Assembly: GCA_964652855.1 (NCBI GenBank)
Contig: CAZZCJ010000001.1
Location: 264,916-328,915 of the forward strand
DNA length: 64,000 bases
DNA from: an uncultured Halomonas sp.
Lineage (GTDB): Bacteria > Pseudomonadota > Gammaproteobacteria > Pseudomonadales > Halomonadaceae
Direction of reading: 5' to 3'
Below the pieces are notes generated by a model. That model searched no databases. It saw only the letters and a program-made list of their open reading frames with translations, and was not told the origin of the DNA. Position 1 is the first letter of the stretch. Every line of letters begins with the position of its first letter. The translations under genes were made by a program, and so were the position numbers. Shown here piece after piece: positions 27,617-36,982 of this stretch.

Positions 27617-28618
27617 ATGACTGCCAAGCCAGCCCTTACCCGTTTCAGCGCCCTCGTCCTTCCGCTCGCTGCGGTGGCCGGCATGAGCACCGCCGCTCAC
27701 GCCGACGAGTGGACCCCGACCCGCAATATCGAGTTCATCGCCCCGGCCAACCCGGGCGGCGGCTGGGACACCCTGGTGCGTACCACCTCGCGCGTGATCC
27801 AGGAAGAGGGCCTGGCCGAGCGCAGCTTCGGCGCCATCAACGTGCCGGGCGGCGGCGGTGCGGTGGCCTGGGCGCAGATCGCCCGTGACCGCGGCAACCC
27901 GCACAAGCTGTTCGCCACCAGCCCGCCGATCATCCTGGTGCCGCTGGCGGGCGCTTCGCGCTTCGACCACAACGACTTCACGCCCATCGCCCGCCTGATC
28001 ACCGACTACTCCATCGTGCTGGTGCGGGAGGATTCCGACTACGGCGACCTGAACGAGCTGTTCGACGCCATGCGCGAGAATCCGCAGCTGAGCGTGGGCG
28101 GTGGCAGTGCGCCGGGCTCCATGGACCATATCTCCATGGCCGGCCTGGCGGCGGCGGCGGGCCTCGATGCCTCCAGCGTCAACTACATCCCCTTCTCCGG
28201 CGGCGGCGAGGCCATGACCAGCCTGATGGGCGGCCACGTGGCGGCGGTGATCACCGGGGCAGGCGAAGCCTCCGGCCAGCTGGGCGAGGGCAGCCAGCTG
28301 CGCGCCCTGGGGGTCTCCGCACCCGAGCGCATGGGCGGCAACCTGGAGCAGGTGCCGACCTACCAGGAGCAGGGCATCGACTACACCTTCGACATCTGGC
28401 GCGGCGTGATGGGCACCCCGGAGATGCCGGCCGAGGCGGTCGCGTACTACGAGGAGCTGTTCGCGCAGATGCTCGAGACCGACGGCTGGCAGCAGGCGCG
28501 CGATCAGCTGGGCTGGATCGATGCCTACCAGGACAGCGAAGCCTTCGGCGCCTTCCTGGACGAGCAGCAAGAGATGTTCAGCACCATCCTCGGCGACCTC
28601 GGCCTGCTGGGCCAGTAA
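27617..28618 (+). CDS. tctC: Tripartite tricarboxylate transporter substrate-binding protein
   Basis: Signal peptide, then NIEFIAPANPGGGWDT, typical of Bug/TctC proteins. The start at 27617 is preferred over 27557. Confidence 0.85.
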   Translation: MTAKPALTRFSALVLPLAAVAGMSTAAHADEWTPTRNIEFIAPANPGGGWDTLVRTTSRVIQEEGLAERSFGAINVPGGGGAVAWAQIARDRGNPHKLFATSPPIILVPLAGASRFDHNDFTPIARLITDYSIVLVREDSDYGDLNELFDAMRENPQLSVGGGSAPGSMDHISMAGLAAAAGLDASSVNYIPFSGGGEAMTSLMGGHVAAVITGAGEASGQLGEGSQLRALGVSAPERMGGNLEQVPTYQEQGIDYTFDIWRGVMGTPEMPAEAVAYYEELFAQMLETDGWQQARDQLGWIDAYQDSEAFGAFLDEQQEMFSTILGDLGLLGQ

Positions 28619-28729
28619 ACCGACACCAGAGTTCCGCTCGGGCCCGGGCCTCGCCATGCGAGGTTCGGGCGTTCTCGAACGCGACACTTGGGTGACGCCC
28701 GCACGGCGGTCGCCCGGGGCAGACTTCCC

Positions 28730-29212
28730 ATGACACGAATCAACTCCAACCAGGTCATCGCGGTGATCCTGGCGCTGCTGGCGGCAGGCTACCTGGCCAT
28801 GGCGTGGCAGATACCCTCCTTTCCGCTGCCGCGCCCCATCGATTCCGATCTCTTTCCCAAGGTGCTGGGCTTCACCCTGCTGGGCCTCTCGGTGCTGCTG
28901 TTCTTCGAAAAGCCCACGGCCAAGGACGTGCCCCAGACGCCCGATGTCGATGCGCAGCAAGAACCCCTGCTGCTGCGGCCGTGGTCGCGCGTGGTGGTGA
29001 CCGCCATTGCCCTGGCCGCCTATGCATTGCTGCTGGTGCCGGTGGGCTTCGTGCTGACCTCCGTGGCGCTGGTGTTCGGCCTCGCGGCCTACTACGGCTA
29101 CCGCCGTCACGGCATCAACCTGGCCACGTCGCTTGGCGTGGTGCTGGTGCTGTACCTGACCATGACGCGCGTCATGGGCGTCTATCTACCTACCGGCGTG
29201 CTGCCGATCTGA
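28730..29212 (+). CDS. tctB: Tripartite tricarboxylate transporter small membrane subunit
   Basis: About 160 aa with four hydrophobic segments, between tctC and tctA. Confidence 0.75.
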   Translation: MTRINSNQVIAVILALLAAGYLAMAWQIPSFPLPRPIDSDLFPKVLGFTLLGLSVLLFFEKPTAKDVPQTPDVDAQQEPLLLRPWSRVVVTAIALAAYALLLVPVGFVLTSVALVFGLAAYYGYRRHGINLATSLGVVLVLYLTMTRVMGVYLPTGVLPI

Positions 29213-29231
29213 CTGGCCGGAGGAAACGCCC

Positions 29232-30728
29232 ATGGAAGCCTTCAATAACCTGATGTACGGCTTCAGCATTGCGCTGGAACCGATCAACATGTTCTACGTC
29301 TTCGCCGGTGTCTTTGCCGGCACGATCATCGGCATGCTGCCAGGCCTGGGACCGATCAGCGCGCTGGCGCTGATGATCCCGCTGACCTTCGGCATGGACC
29401 CCTCGTCGGGCCTGATCCTGATGGCGGGGGTCTACTACGGTGCGATCTTCGGCGGGTCGACCTCGTCGATCCTGCTGAATGCGCCCGGCGTGGCCGGCAC
29501 GGTGGCCACCTCCTTCGACGGCTATCCGATGGCCAAGCAGGGCATGGCCGGCAAGGCGCTGGCCATTGCCGCCTATGCCTCCTTCATCGGTGGCACGGTA
29601 TCGATCATCTTCCTGATGATGGTGGCACCCTTGCTTGGCCGGGTGGCGGTGAGCTTCGGCCCGGCGGAGTACTTCGCGCTGATGGTGCTGGGCCTTACCG
29701 CGGTGGTCAGCCTGTCCGACAAGTCGCTGGTCAAGGGGCTGATCGCCGCGGTGGTCGGGGTCATGATCTCGATCATGGGCATCGACCTGCAGACCGGTAC
29801 CGAGCGCTTCACCTTCGGCTCCGTGCACCTGCTCGACGGCATCGAGTTCCTGGTGGTGGCGCTGGGCATCTTCGCACTGACCGAGGTGTTCTTCATGCTG
29901 CTGCGCGGTGGCGGCGGCAAGGAGCAGCCGCGCAACGCCATCGGTTCGCTGAAGCTTAGCCGGCAGGAGGTGCGCGAGATTGCGCCGCCGATCGCGCGCA
30001 GCTCGGTGCTGGGCTTCTTCACCGGGGTGCTGCCCGGGGCGGGGGCCACCATCGGCTCGTTCCTCGGCTACAGCATGGAGAAGCGCCTGGCCAAGGATGG
30101 GGATACCTTCGGCAAGGGCAACATCAAGGGGGTGGCGGCGCCCGAAGCGGCCAACAACGCCGCCTGTACCGGCTCCTTCGTGCCGCTGCTGACCCTGGGG
30201 GTGCCCGGCTCCGGCTCCACCGCGGTGCTGCTGGGTGCGCTGCTGGTCATGGGGGTGTCGCCCGGCCCGGCGATGCTGGTGGATCGCCCGGAGGTGTTCT
30301 GGGGCGTGGTGGCCAGCATGTATCTCGGCAACATCTTCCTGCTGGTGCTCAACCTGCCGCTGATTCCCCTGATCGCCAAGGTGCTCGACATGCCGCGGCC
30401 GCTGCTGCTGTCGTTGATCCTGATCTTCTGCATGCTGGGCGTCTACGGCATGAGCTTCAGCGTCTTCGACCTGCTGCTGCTGCTCGGCTTCGGCCTGCTG
30501 GGGCTCGGCATGCGTCTGTTCGGCTTCCCCGCCGCGCCGCTGATCCTGGCGCTGATCCTCGGCGACATCATGGAGGAGTCCATGCGCCGCGCGCTGCAGA
30601 TCTCCGGCGGCGACTGGATGACCTTCCTCGACAAGCCGATCTCGCGCTGGCTGTTGATCATCGCGGTGGCCTCGCTGCTGTTGCCCATGGCCAAGCGCTT
30701 CCTGCTGCGCAGGAAGCTGGCCCGCTGA
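29232..30728 (+). CDS. tctA: Tripartite tricarboxylate transporter large permease
   Basis: 498 aa and polytopic: MLPGLGPISALALMIPLTFGM..., GAPEAANNAA. Confidence 0.9.
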   Translation: MEAFNNLMYGFSIALEPINMFYVFAGVFAGTIIGMLPGLGPISALALMIPLTFGMDPSSGLILMAGVYYGAIFGGSTSSILLNAPGVAGTVATSFDGYPMAKQGMAGKALAIAAYASFIGGTVSIIFLMMVAPLLGRVAVSFGPAEYFALMVLGLTAVVSLSDKSLVKGLIAAVVGVMISIMGIDLQTGTERFTFGSVHLLDGIEFLVVALGIFALTEVFFMLLRGGGGKEQPRNAIGSLKLSRQEVREIAPPIARSSVLGFFTGVLPGAGATIGSFLGYSMEKRLAKDGDTFGKGNIKGVAAPEAANNAACTGSFVPLLTLGVPGSGSTAVLLGALLVMGVSPGPAMLVDRPEVFWGVVASMYLGNIFLLVLNLPLIPLIAKVLDMPRPLLLSLILIFCMLGVYGMSFSVFDLLLLLGFGLLGLGMRLFGFPAAPLILALILGDIMEESMRRALQISGGDWMTFLDKPISRWLLIIAVASLLLPMAKRFLLRRKLAR

Positions 30729-30767
30729 GCCGAACTGTCGGCTGGTGAATGTCGCCTTGCGAGACAC

Positions 30768-30800
30768 GGAGGGAGCCCCACGGGGCTCCCTCCGCTTTTT
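30768..30800 (+). terminator. tctA rho-independent terminator
   Basis: GGAGGGAGCCCC-AC-GGGGCTCCCTCC followed by GCTTTTT. Confidence 0.85.
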
Positions 30801-30874
30801 AGGCGACAGGGACAGGCCGCGGGCTATGAGCATCGGCGTTTAGGCCGAAGGGGTCGGCGGCTTCCCGCCAGGGG

Positions 30875-30891
30875 TGCACGCTGCTGGTGCA
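30875..30891. promoter_or_regulatory. NtrC-type enhancer site upstream of urtA
   Basis: TGCACGCTGCTGGTGCA versus the consensus TGCACC-N5-GGTGCA. Confidence 0.5.
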
Positions 30892-30939
30892 AGGTACGGG
30901 TGCGCAGGCTTTCGCCTGCACCGCCTGGGTTCCCCTGGC

Positions 30940-30956
30940 TGCACGCCCTTGGTGCG
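30940..30956. promoter_or_regulatory. Second NtrC-type site upstream of urtA
   Basis: TGCACGCCCTTGGTGCG. Confidence 0.45.
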
Positions 30957-31031
30957 TCGCGGTTGTTAGTTCTCTTGGGTGTCGCTCCCAGGCTTTTGTT
31001 ATTAAAGCGAAATTCTCCTTGGTGCAGGGGT

Positions 31032-31047
31032 TGGCGCAAGGGTTGCA
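31032..31047 (+). promoter_or_regulatory. Sigma54 (-24/-12) promoter of urtABCDE
   Basis: TGGCGCAAGGGTTGCA versus TGGCAC-N5-TTGCA (one mismatch), about 88 nt upstream of the urtA ATG. Confidence 0.65.
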
Positions 31048-31134
31048 AAGCCTTGTCGGTTAGCCAGCACTGCCAGTGGGCAGTGCTCGTTTCCCCACAA
31101 CAAGCCCTTCCGAAGAAGGCGACAGGAGAACCAC

Positions 31135-32481
31135 ATGAACGCTTCCCGTCACTCCAAGGCTTTCCCGCTTCGCCCCATGGCCGCGGCGCTGCTCGCCGCC
31201 GGCCTGCTGGGGGTAGGCAGCCACGCACTGGCCGACAATCATCCGATCAAGGTAGGCATTCTCCATTCGCTTTCCGGCACCATGGCCATCAGCGAATCGA
31301 CCCTGAAGGACACCGTGGAGATGCTGATCGCCCAGCAGAACGAGCAGGGCGGCCTGCTCGGGCGTCAGCTCGAGGCGGTGGTGGTCGACCCGGCCTCCAA
31401 CTGGCCGCTGTTCGCCGAGCGGGCGCGTGAATTGCTCGAACAGCACCAGGTGGACGTGGTCTTCGGCAACTGGACCTCGGTATCGCGCAAGGCGGTGCTG
31501 CCGGTGTTCGAGGAGCTCAACGGGCTGCTGTTCTATCCCGTGCAGTACGAGGGCGAGGAGTCCTCCGAGAACGTCTTCTATACCGGGGCGGCCCCCAACC
31601 AGCAGGCGATACCCGCCGTGGACTACCTGATCAACGAGATGGGCATCGAGCGCTTCGCGCTGCTCGGCACCGACTACGTCTATCCGCGCACCACCAACCG
31701 CATCCTCGAGGCCTACCTCAAGGAAGAGCACGGCGTGGCGGATGACGACATCATGATCAACTACACCCCCTTCGGCCACAGCGACTGGCAGAACATCGTC
31801 GCCGAGGTGCGCCGCTTCGGCAGCGAGGGCAAGCCCACCGCGGTGGTCTCGACCATCAACGGCGACGCCAACGTGCCGTTCTACCGCGAGCTCGGCAACC
31901 AGGGCGTGGACGCCGGCGACATCCCGGTCATTGCCTTCTCGGTGGGCGAGCAGGAGTTGACCGGTGTCGACACCGCCCCGCTGGTTGGCCACCTGGCCGC
32001 CTGGAACTACTTCATGAGCGTGGACACCGACGCCAACTACGACTTCATCGACGCCTGGATCGCGTGGACCGGCGACGAAGAGGCGGTGACCAACGACCCG
32101 ATGGAGGCGCATTACATCGGCTTCAACATGTGGGCCGAGGCGGTACGCAAGGCCGGCACGACCGACCCCGACGCCATCAAGGACGCCATCATCGGCGTGG
32201 TGGTGCCCAACCTCTCCGGCAGCTATGCGGCAATGATGCCCAACCACCACATCACCAAGCCGGTGCTGATCGGCGAAATCCAGGACAACGGCCAGTTCGA
32301 CATCGTGTGGCAGACGCCCTCCACGGTGGTCGGCGATGCCTGGTCCGACTACCTGCCCGGTTCGCGCGACCTGATGGCCGACTGGCAGGCGCCGATGCGC
32401 TGCGGCAACTTCAACGTTTCCACCGGTCGCTGCGGCGGCAGCACGGCGGCCGAGGAAGCCGAAGCGGCACTCGCCGAGTAA
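31135..32481 (+). CDS. urtA: Urea ABC transporter substrate-binding protein
   Basis: Signal peptide, then IKVGILHSLSGTMAISE and the overall UrtA pattern. 448 aa. Confidence 0.9.
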   Translation: MNASRHSKAFPLRPMAAALLAAGLLGVGSHALADNHPIKVGILHSLSGTMAISESTLKDTVEMLIAQQNEQGGLLGRQLEAVVVDPASNWPLFAERARELLEQHQVDVVFGNWTSVSRKAVLPVFEELNGLLFYPVQYEGEESSENVFYTGAAPNQQAIPAVDYLINEMGIERFALLGTDYVYPRTTNRILEAYLKEEHGVADDDIMINYTPFGHSDWQNIVAEVRRFGSEGKPTAVVSTINGDANVPFYRELGNQGVDAGDIPVIAFSVGEQELTGVDTAPLVGHLAAWNYFMSVDTDANYDFIDAWIAWTGDEEAVTNDPMEAHYIGFNMWAEAVRKAGTTDPDAIKDAIIGVVVPNLSGSYAAMMPNHHITKPVLIGEIQDNGQFDIVWQTPSTVVGDAWSDYLPGSRDLMADWQAPMRCGNFNVSTGRCGGSTAAEEAEAALAE

Positions 32482-32552
32482 GCCGTACCCAGCCCCCCGC
32501 TGCCTTGGCGGCGGGGGAGCACGCCTTCTCTACCGATTCGAGGAACGCTGCG

Positions 32553-34256
32553 ATGAGATACCCCCCCATGCCCGGGCCGGCGACGGCAGGGGCCAGGGCC
32601 GGCTGCGCAGGTGCCAGGGAGGAACGTGACGCCAAGCCTCGGGCTTTCTGGCGGATGCGGATCGCGCTGGCGCTTGTGCTGGTGCTTGGTGTCATCTTGA
32701 CGACTCCCGCCACGGCGCAGGAGGCCGCGCCGGCCGACGATGCCGCCGCCATGACGCTGCTCGAGGCGCTGGATGTTACCTCCTTTCCCGCCAAGGGCGA
32801 GGCCATCGAGGCCATCGTGCACAGCGACGATCCCCGTGCCCGCGACTGGCTGCAGGCGCTGCTCGACGGGCGCCTGCAGCGGGCCGGCGACGGCCGCTTT
32901 GTGGTGGTGCTGGACAATAGCGGCCGCGATTGGCCGGTACAGGATGCGCTGAGCGGCGAGCCGCTGGGCCAGATGTCGCGCCGCGACCTGGACCGCATCG
33001 GCATCAACAACGCGCTGCGCAACCAGCTGCGCAGCGCCATTGCCGTGGTCGACCTGTATGCCGCCGACGTGGGGTTGCGGCGTGCTTCCGCCGAGCGCCT
33101 GCTGGGTGAGGTCGACGAGGACCTGGCCGAGCCGGTGCGCGAGGTGATCGCGCAGGAGGAGGACAGCCGCGTGGAGCGGCGGCTGCGCCAGGCGCTGGCG
33201 ATCTACCGCCTGGAGCAGGGCGAAGCGGATGCCGTGGCGGAGCTGGAAGGCAGCCTGCATCCGCGCGTGCGGGTGGCGCTCAATCGCGCCGCGGCGAGCG
33301 ACGATCCGGCGGTGGCCGAGCAGGCCAGGAGCGCACTCAACGGCATCGAGCAGATGCTCAAGGTGAACCGCGCCGCCGAAACGCTCTATTTCGGCCTGTC
33401 GCTGGGTTCGGTGCTGGTGCTGGCGGCGATCGGCCTGGCCATCACCTTCGGCGTGATGGGCGTGATCAACATGGCCCACGGCGAGCTGATCATGCTCGGC
33501 GCCTACACCACCTGGATGATGCAGCAGCTGCTGCCCGGCCAGCCGGGGCTGGCGCTGGTCCTGGCCATTCCCGCCGGTTTCATGGTGGCGGCATTGGCGG
33601 GCATCGCCATCGAGCGCGGCGTGATCCAGTTCCTCAAGGGGCGGCCGCTGGAAACCCTGCTGGCCACCTTCGGCATCAGCCTGATCCTGCAGCAGCTGGT
33701 GCGTACCGCCATCTCGCCGCTCAACCGCACGGTGATCACGCCTGAGTGGATGAGTGGTTCGATCGCCGTCAACGATGCGCTGTCACTCACGCTCAACCGC
33801 ATGTACGTGCTTGGCTTCGCCCTGGTGGTCTTCGCCGCGCTGATGCTGATCATGCGCCGCACCCGGCTCGGCCTGGAGGTGCGGGCGGTGACCCAGAACC
33901 GCGCCATGGCGCGCTCCATGGGCATTCGCGCCACGCGAGTCGACATCATGACCTTCGCCCTGGGTTCCGGAGTGGCGGGCCTGGCCGGCGTGGCGCTCAG
34001 CCAGCTGACCAACGTGGGCCCCAACCTGGGCCAGAACTACATCATCGACTCATTCATGGTGGTGGTGTTCGGCGGGGTGGGCAACCTGTGGGGCACGCTG
34101 GTGGCGGGTCTCTCGCTCGGCGTGATCAACCAGGTGCTGGAACCCTGGGCCGGCGCCGTGATGGCCAAGATCATCGTGCTCGTCTTCATCATCCTGTTCA
34201 TTCAAAAACGCCCCCGCGGACTCTTCCCGCAGAAGGGCCGGGCGGCGGAGGGCTGA
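32553..34256 (+). CDS. urtB: Urea ABC transporter permease UrtB with long N-terminal periplasmic extension
   Basis: The C-terminal part has LivH-like permease motifs (GVINMAHGELIMLGAYT). The N-terminal extension of about 250 aa follows a signal/anchor at MRIALALVLVLGV. The start is 32553 (GAGGAA RBS) or 32655. Confidence 0.85.
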   Translation: MRYPPMPGPATAGARAGCAGAREERDAKPRAFWRMRIALALVLVLGVILTTPATAQEAAPADDAAAMTLLEALDVTSFPAKGEAIEAIVHSDDPRARDWLQALLDGRLQRAGDGRFVVVLDNSGRDWPVQDALSGEPLGQMSRRDLDRIGINNALRNQLRSAIAVVDLYAADVGLRRASAERLLGEVDEDLAEPVREVIAQEEDSRVERRLRQALAIYRLEQGEADAVAELEGSLHPRVRVALNRAAASDDPAVAEQARSALNGIEQMLKVNRAAETLYFGLSLGSVLVLAAIGLAITFGVMGVINMAHGELIMLGAYTTWMMQQLLPGQPGLALVLAIPAGFMVAALAGIAIERGVIQFLKGRPLETLLATFGISLILQQLVRTAISPLNRTVITPEWMSGSIAVNDALSLTLNRMYVLGFALVVFAALMLIMRRTRLGLEVRAVTQNRAMARSMGIRATRVDIMTFALGSGVAGLAGVALSQLTNVGPNLGQNYIIDSFMVVVFGGVGNLWGTLVAGLSLGVINQVLEPWAGAVMAKIIVLVFIILFIQKRPRGLFPQKGRAAEG

Positions 34257-34259
34257 TCC

Positions 34260-35402
34260 ATGCAAGCAGAACGATTCTGGCTGCTGCGCCCGTTCGGCGA
34301 GCGCTCGACGCTGATTTTCCTCGGCGTGCTGCTGGCGGCGATGACCCTGGTCACGCTGCTGCACGTGGCGCTGCCGCCGGGGCATCCGCTCTACGTGAAT
34401 GCGTATACCGTCAACCTGTTCGGCAAGTACCTGAGCTACGCCCTGCTGGCGGTGGCGGTGGACCTGGTGTGGGGCTACCTCGGTATCCTCAGCCTGGGCC
34501 ACGGCGCCTTCTTCGCCCTGGGCGGCTACGCCATGGGCATGTACCTGATGCGCCAGATCGGCGATCGCGGGGTCTACGGCCATCCGGTGCTGCCCGACTT
34601 CATGGTGTTCCTCAACTGGGACAGCCTGCCGTGGTACTGGTACGGCTTCGACATGGCCTGGTTCGCCTTCCTGATGGTGCTTTTGGTACCGGGGGCGCTG
34701 GCGCTGGTGTTCGGCTTCCTGGCGTTCCGCTCGCGGGTCACCGGCGTCTACCTGTCGATCATCACCCAGGCGCTCACCTTCGCCCTGATGCTGGCCTTCT
34801 TCCGCAACGAGATGGGCTTCGGCGGCAACAACGGGTTGACCGACTTCCGCGAGATACTGGGCTTCAACCTGCGCAGCAGCGATACCCGGCTGGGGCTGTT
34901 CCTGGCCACCGGCGTGGCCCTGGCGCTGGGCTACGTGCTGTGCCGGGCGATCGTGACCAGCAAGCTGGGGCGGGTGTGCGTGGCGACTCGCGACGCCGAG
35001 GCGCGCACGCGTTTCCTCGGCTATCGGGTCGAGCGTTTCCAGCTCTTCGTGTTCGTGGTCTCGGCCATGCTGGCGGGGCTGGCCGGGGCGCTCTACGTGC
35101 CCCAGGTGGGCATCATCAACCCCAGTGAGTTCTCGCCGCTGTTCTCCATCGAGATCGTGCTGTGGGTGGCGCTGGGCGGTCGTGCGACGCTCTACGGGGC
35201 GGTGATAGGCGCGATACTGGTCAACTACGCCAAGACGGTGTTCACCGGGGCGATGCCGGACGCCTGGCTGTTCGCCCTGGGCGGACTGTTCGTGCTGGTC
35301 ACGGTGTTCCTGCCCAGGGGCGTGGCCGGGCTGCTGGCGCTCAGGCTGCGCCGTCGCCGAGGCGACGGCGCTTTACCCGCAGGCAAGGAGGCGACGGCAT
35401 GA
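34260..35402 (+). CDS. urtC: Urea ABC transporter permease UrtC
   Basis: 380 aa LivM-like permease: GILSLGHGAFFALGGYAMGMY. Confidence 0.9.
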   Translation: MQAERFWLLRPFGERSTLIFLGVLLAAMTLVTLLHVALPPGHPLYVNAYTVNLFGKYLSYALLAVAVDLVWGYLGILSLGHGAFFALGGYAMGMYLMRQIGDRGVYGHPVLPDFMVFLNWDSLPWYWYGFDMAWFAFLMVLLVPGALALVFGFLAFRSRVTGVYLSIITQALTFALMLAFFRNEMGFGGNNGLTDFREILGFNLRSSDTRLGLFLATGVALALGYVLCRAIVTSKLGRVCVATRDAEARTRFLGYRVERFQLFVFVVSAMLAGLAGALYVPQVGIINPSEFSPLFSIEIVLWVALGGRATLYGAVIGAILVNYAKTVFTGAMPDAWLFALGGLFVLVTVFLPRGVAGLLALRLRRRRGDGALPAGKEATA

Positions 35403-36238
35403 GCATTCTGCGTTCCCTGGCCGACCGCGACCGGGTGTTCGATTTCCTGGTGCCGGCGGCCTCCCCGGTCGACGTGCGACACGGGCCGATCCTCTACCTG
35501 GAGGACGTGACGGTCAGCTTCGACGGCTTCAAGGCGATCAACGACCTCAACCTGACCATCGACGATGGCGAGCTGCGGTGCATCATCGGGCCCAACGGCG
35601 CCGGCAAGACCACCATGATGGACATCATCACTGGCAAGACCCGGCCGGACAGCGGCTCGGTGTGGTTCGGCAGCCGCCACGACCTGCTGACCATGAACGA
35701 GCCGGAGATCGCCAGCCTGGGTATCGGGCGCAAGTTCCAGAAGCCCACGGTGTTCGAGGCGCTCAGTGTGTTCGAGAACCTGGAGCTGGCGATGGCCGCC
35801 GACAAGCGCATCCTGCCCACGCTGACGGCGCGCATGAGCGGCGAGATACGCGACCGCATCGACGAGGTGCTGGCGACCATCGGGCTGTTGGCGCTGCGGG
35901 AGCGCCAGGCGGGAATTCTCTCCCACGGCCAGAAGCAGTGGCTGGAGATCGGCATGCTGCTGATGCAGCGTCCGCGCCTGCTGCTGGTGGACGAGCCGGT
36001 GGCCGGCATGACCGAACAGGAGATGGAACGCACCGCCGAGCTGCTCACCGGCCTTGCCGGCAAGCAGTCGGTGGTGGTGGTGGAGCACGACATGGGATTC
36101 GTGCGCTCGATCGCGCGCAAGGTGACCGTGCTGCACCAGGGCAGCGTGCTGGCGGAGGGCAGCATGGACCAGGTCGCCAGCGACCCGCGGGTGGTCGAGG
36201 TCTACTTGGGTGCCGAAGCAGATGAGGAGGCGGCCTGA
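35399..36238 (+). CDS. urtD: Urea ABC transporter ATP-binding protein UrtD
   Basis: ILYLEDVTVSFDGFKAINDLNL and GPNGAGKTT. The ATGA overlaps the urtC stop. Confidence 0.9.
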   Translation: MSILRSLADRDRVFDFLVPAASPVDVRHGPILYLEDVTVSFDGFKAINDLNLTIDDGELRCIIGPNGAGKTTMMDIITGKTRPDSGSVWFGSRHDLLTMNEPEIASLGIGRKFQKPTVFEALSVFENLELAMAADKRILPTLTARMSGEIRDRIDEVLATIGLLALRERQAGILSHGQKQWLEIGMLLMQRPRLLLVDEPVAGMTEQEMERTAELLTGLAGKQSVVVVEHDMGFVRSIARKVTVLHQGSVLAEGSMDQVASDPRVVEVYLGAEADEEAA

Positions 36239-36936
36239 TGCTCGCGATCGACAAGCTCAACCAGTACTACGGCGAGAGCCATACCCTGTGGGCTCTCGAC
36301 CTGGCCGTGCCGGCGGGCCAGTGCACCTGCGTGATGGGCCGCAACGGCGTGGGCAAGACCACCCTGATGAAGGCCGTGATGGGCGAGGTAAAAGTCTCTT
36401 CCGGCAGCATTCGCTATGCCGACGACGTCGAACTCACCAAGCGCAGGATAGAGGACCGCTCGCGCCTGGGCATCGGCTACGTCCCCCAGGGGCGGCAGAT
36501 CTTTCCGCTGCTCACGGTGGAGGAGAACCTGCGAACCGGCCTGGCGGCACGGGGCGATGGGCGTCGCACCCTTCCGGAGCGTATCTATGAGCTCTTCCCG
36601 GTGCTCAAGGAGATGAAGCATCGTCGCGGCGGGGATCTCTCCGGCGGCCAGCAGCAGCAGCTGGCCATCGGCCGCGCGCTGGTGATCGAGCCGCGACTGC
36701 TGATCCTCGACGAGCCGGGCGAGGGCATCCAGCCCAATATCGTGACACTGATCGGCGAGGTGATTCGCAAGCTGATCGAGGAGGACGGGCTCACCGTGCT
36801 GCTGGTGGAGCAGAAGCTGCCCTTTGCGCGCAAGTATGCCGACCGCTTCGTGATCATGGACCGCGGTAGGCCGGTGGCCAGGGGCGATATCGGCGAGCTC
36901 ACCGATGGCCTGATCAAGCAGCACCTGACGGTGTAG
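36238..36936 (+). CDS. urtE: Urea ABC transporter ATP-binding protein UrtE
   Basis: LNQYYGESHTLW, GRNGVGKTT and LSGGQQQQLAIGRAL. TGATG overlaps the urtD stop. Confidence 0.9.
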   Translation: MLAIDKLNQYYGESHTLWALDLAVPAGQCTCVMGRNGVGKTTLMKAVMGEVKVSSGSIRYADDVELTKRRIEDRSRLGIGYVPQGRQIFPLLTVEENLRTGLAARGDGRRTLPERIYELFPVLKEMKHRRGGDLSGGQQQQLAIGRALVIEPRLLILDEPGEGIQPNIVTLIGEVIRKLIEEDGLTVLLVEQKLPFARKYADRFVIMDRGRPVARGDIGELTDGLIKQHLTV

Positions 36937-36961
36937 CACCGCAGGGAACCCCCTGCGGTGC
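36936..36961. terminator. 11-bp hairpin between convergent urtE and the NTF2-like gene
   Basis: GCACCGCAGGG-AACC-CCCTGCGGTGC. There is no T-tract. Confidence 0.5.
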
Positions 36962-36982
36962 CGGCGCGTTGTTGGCGGTAGG

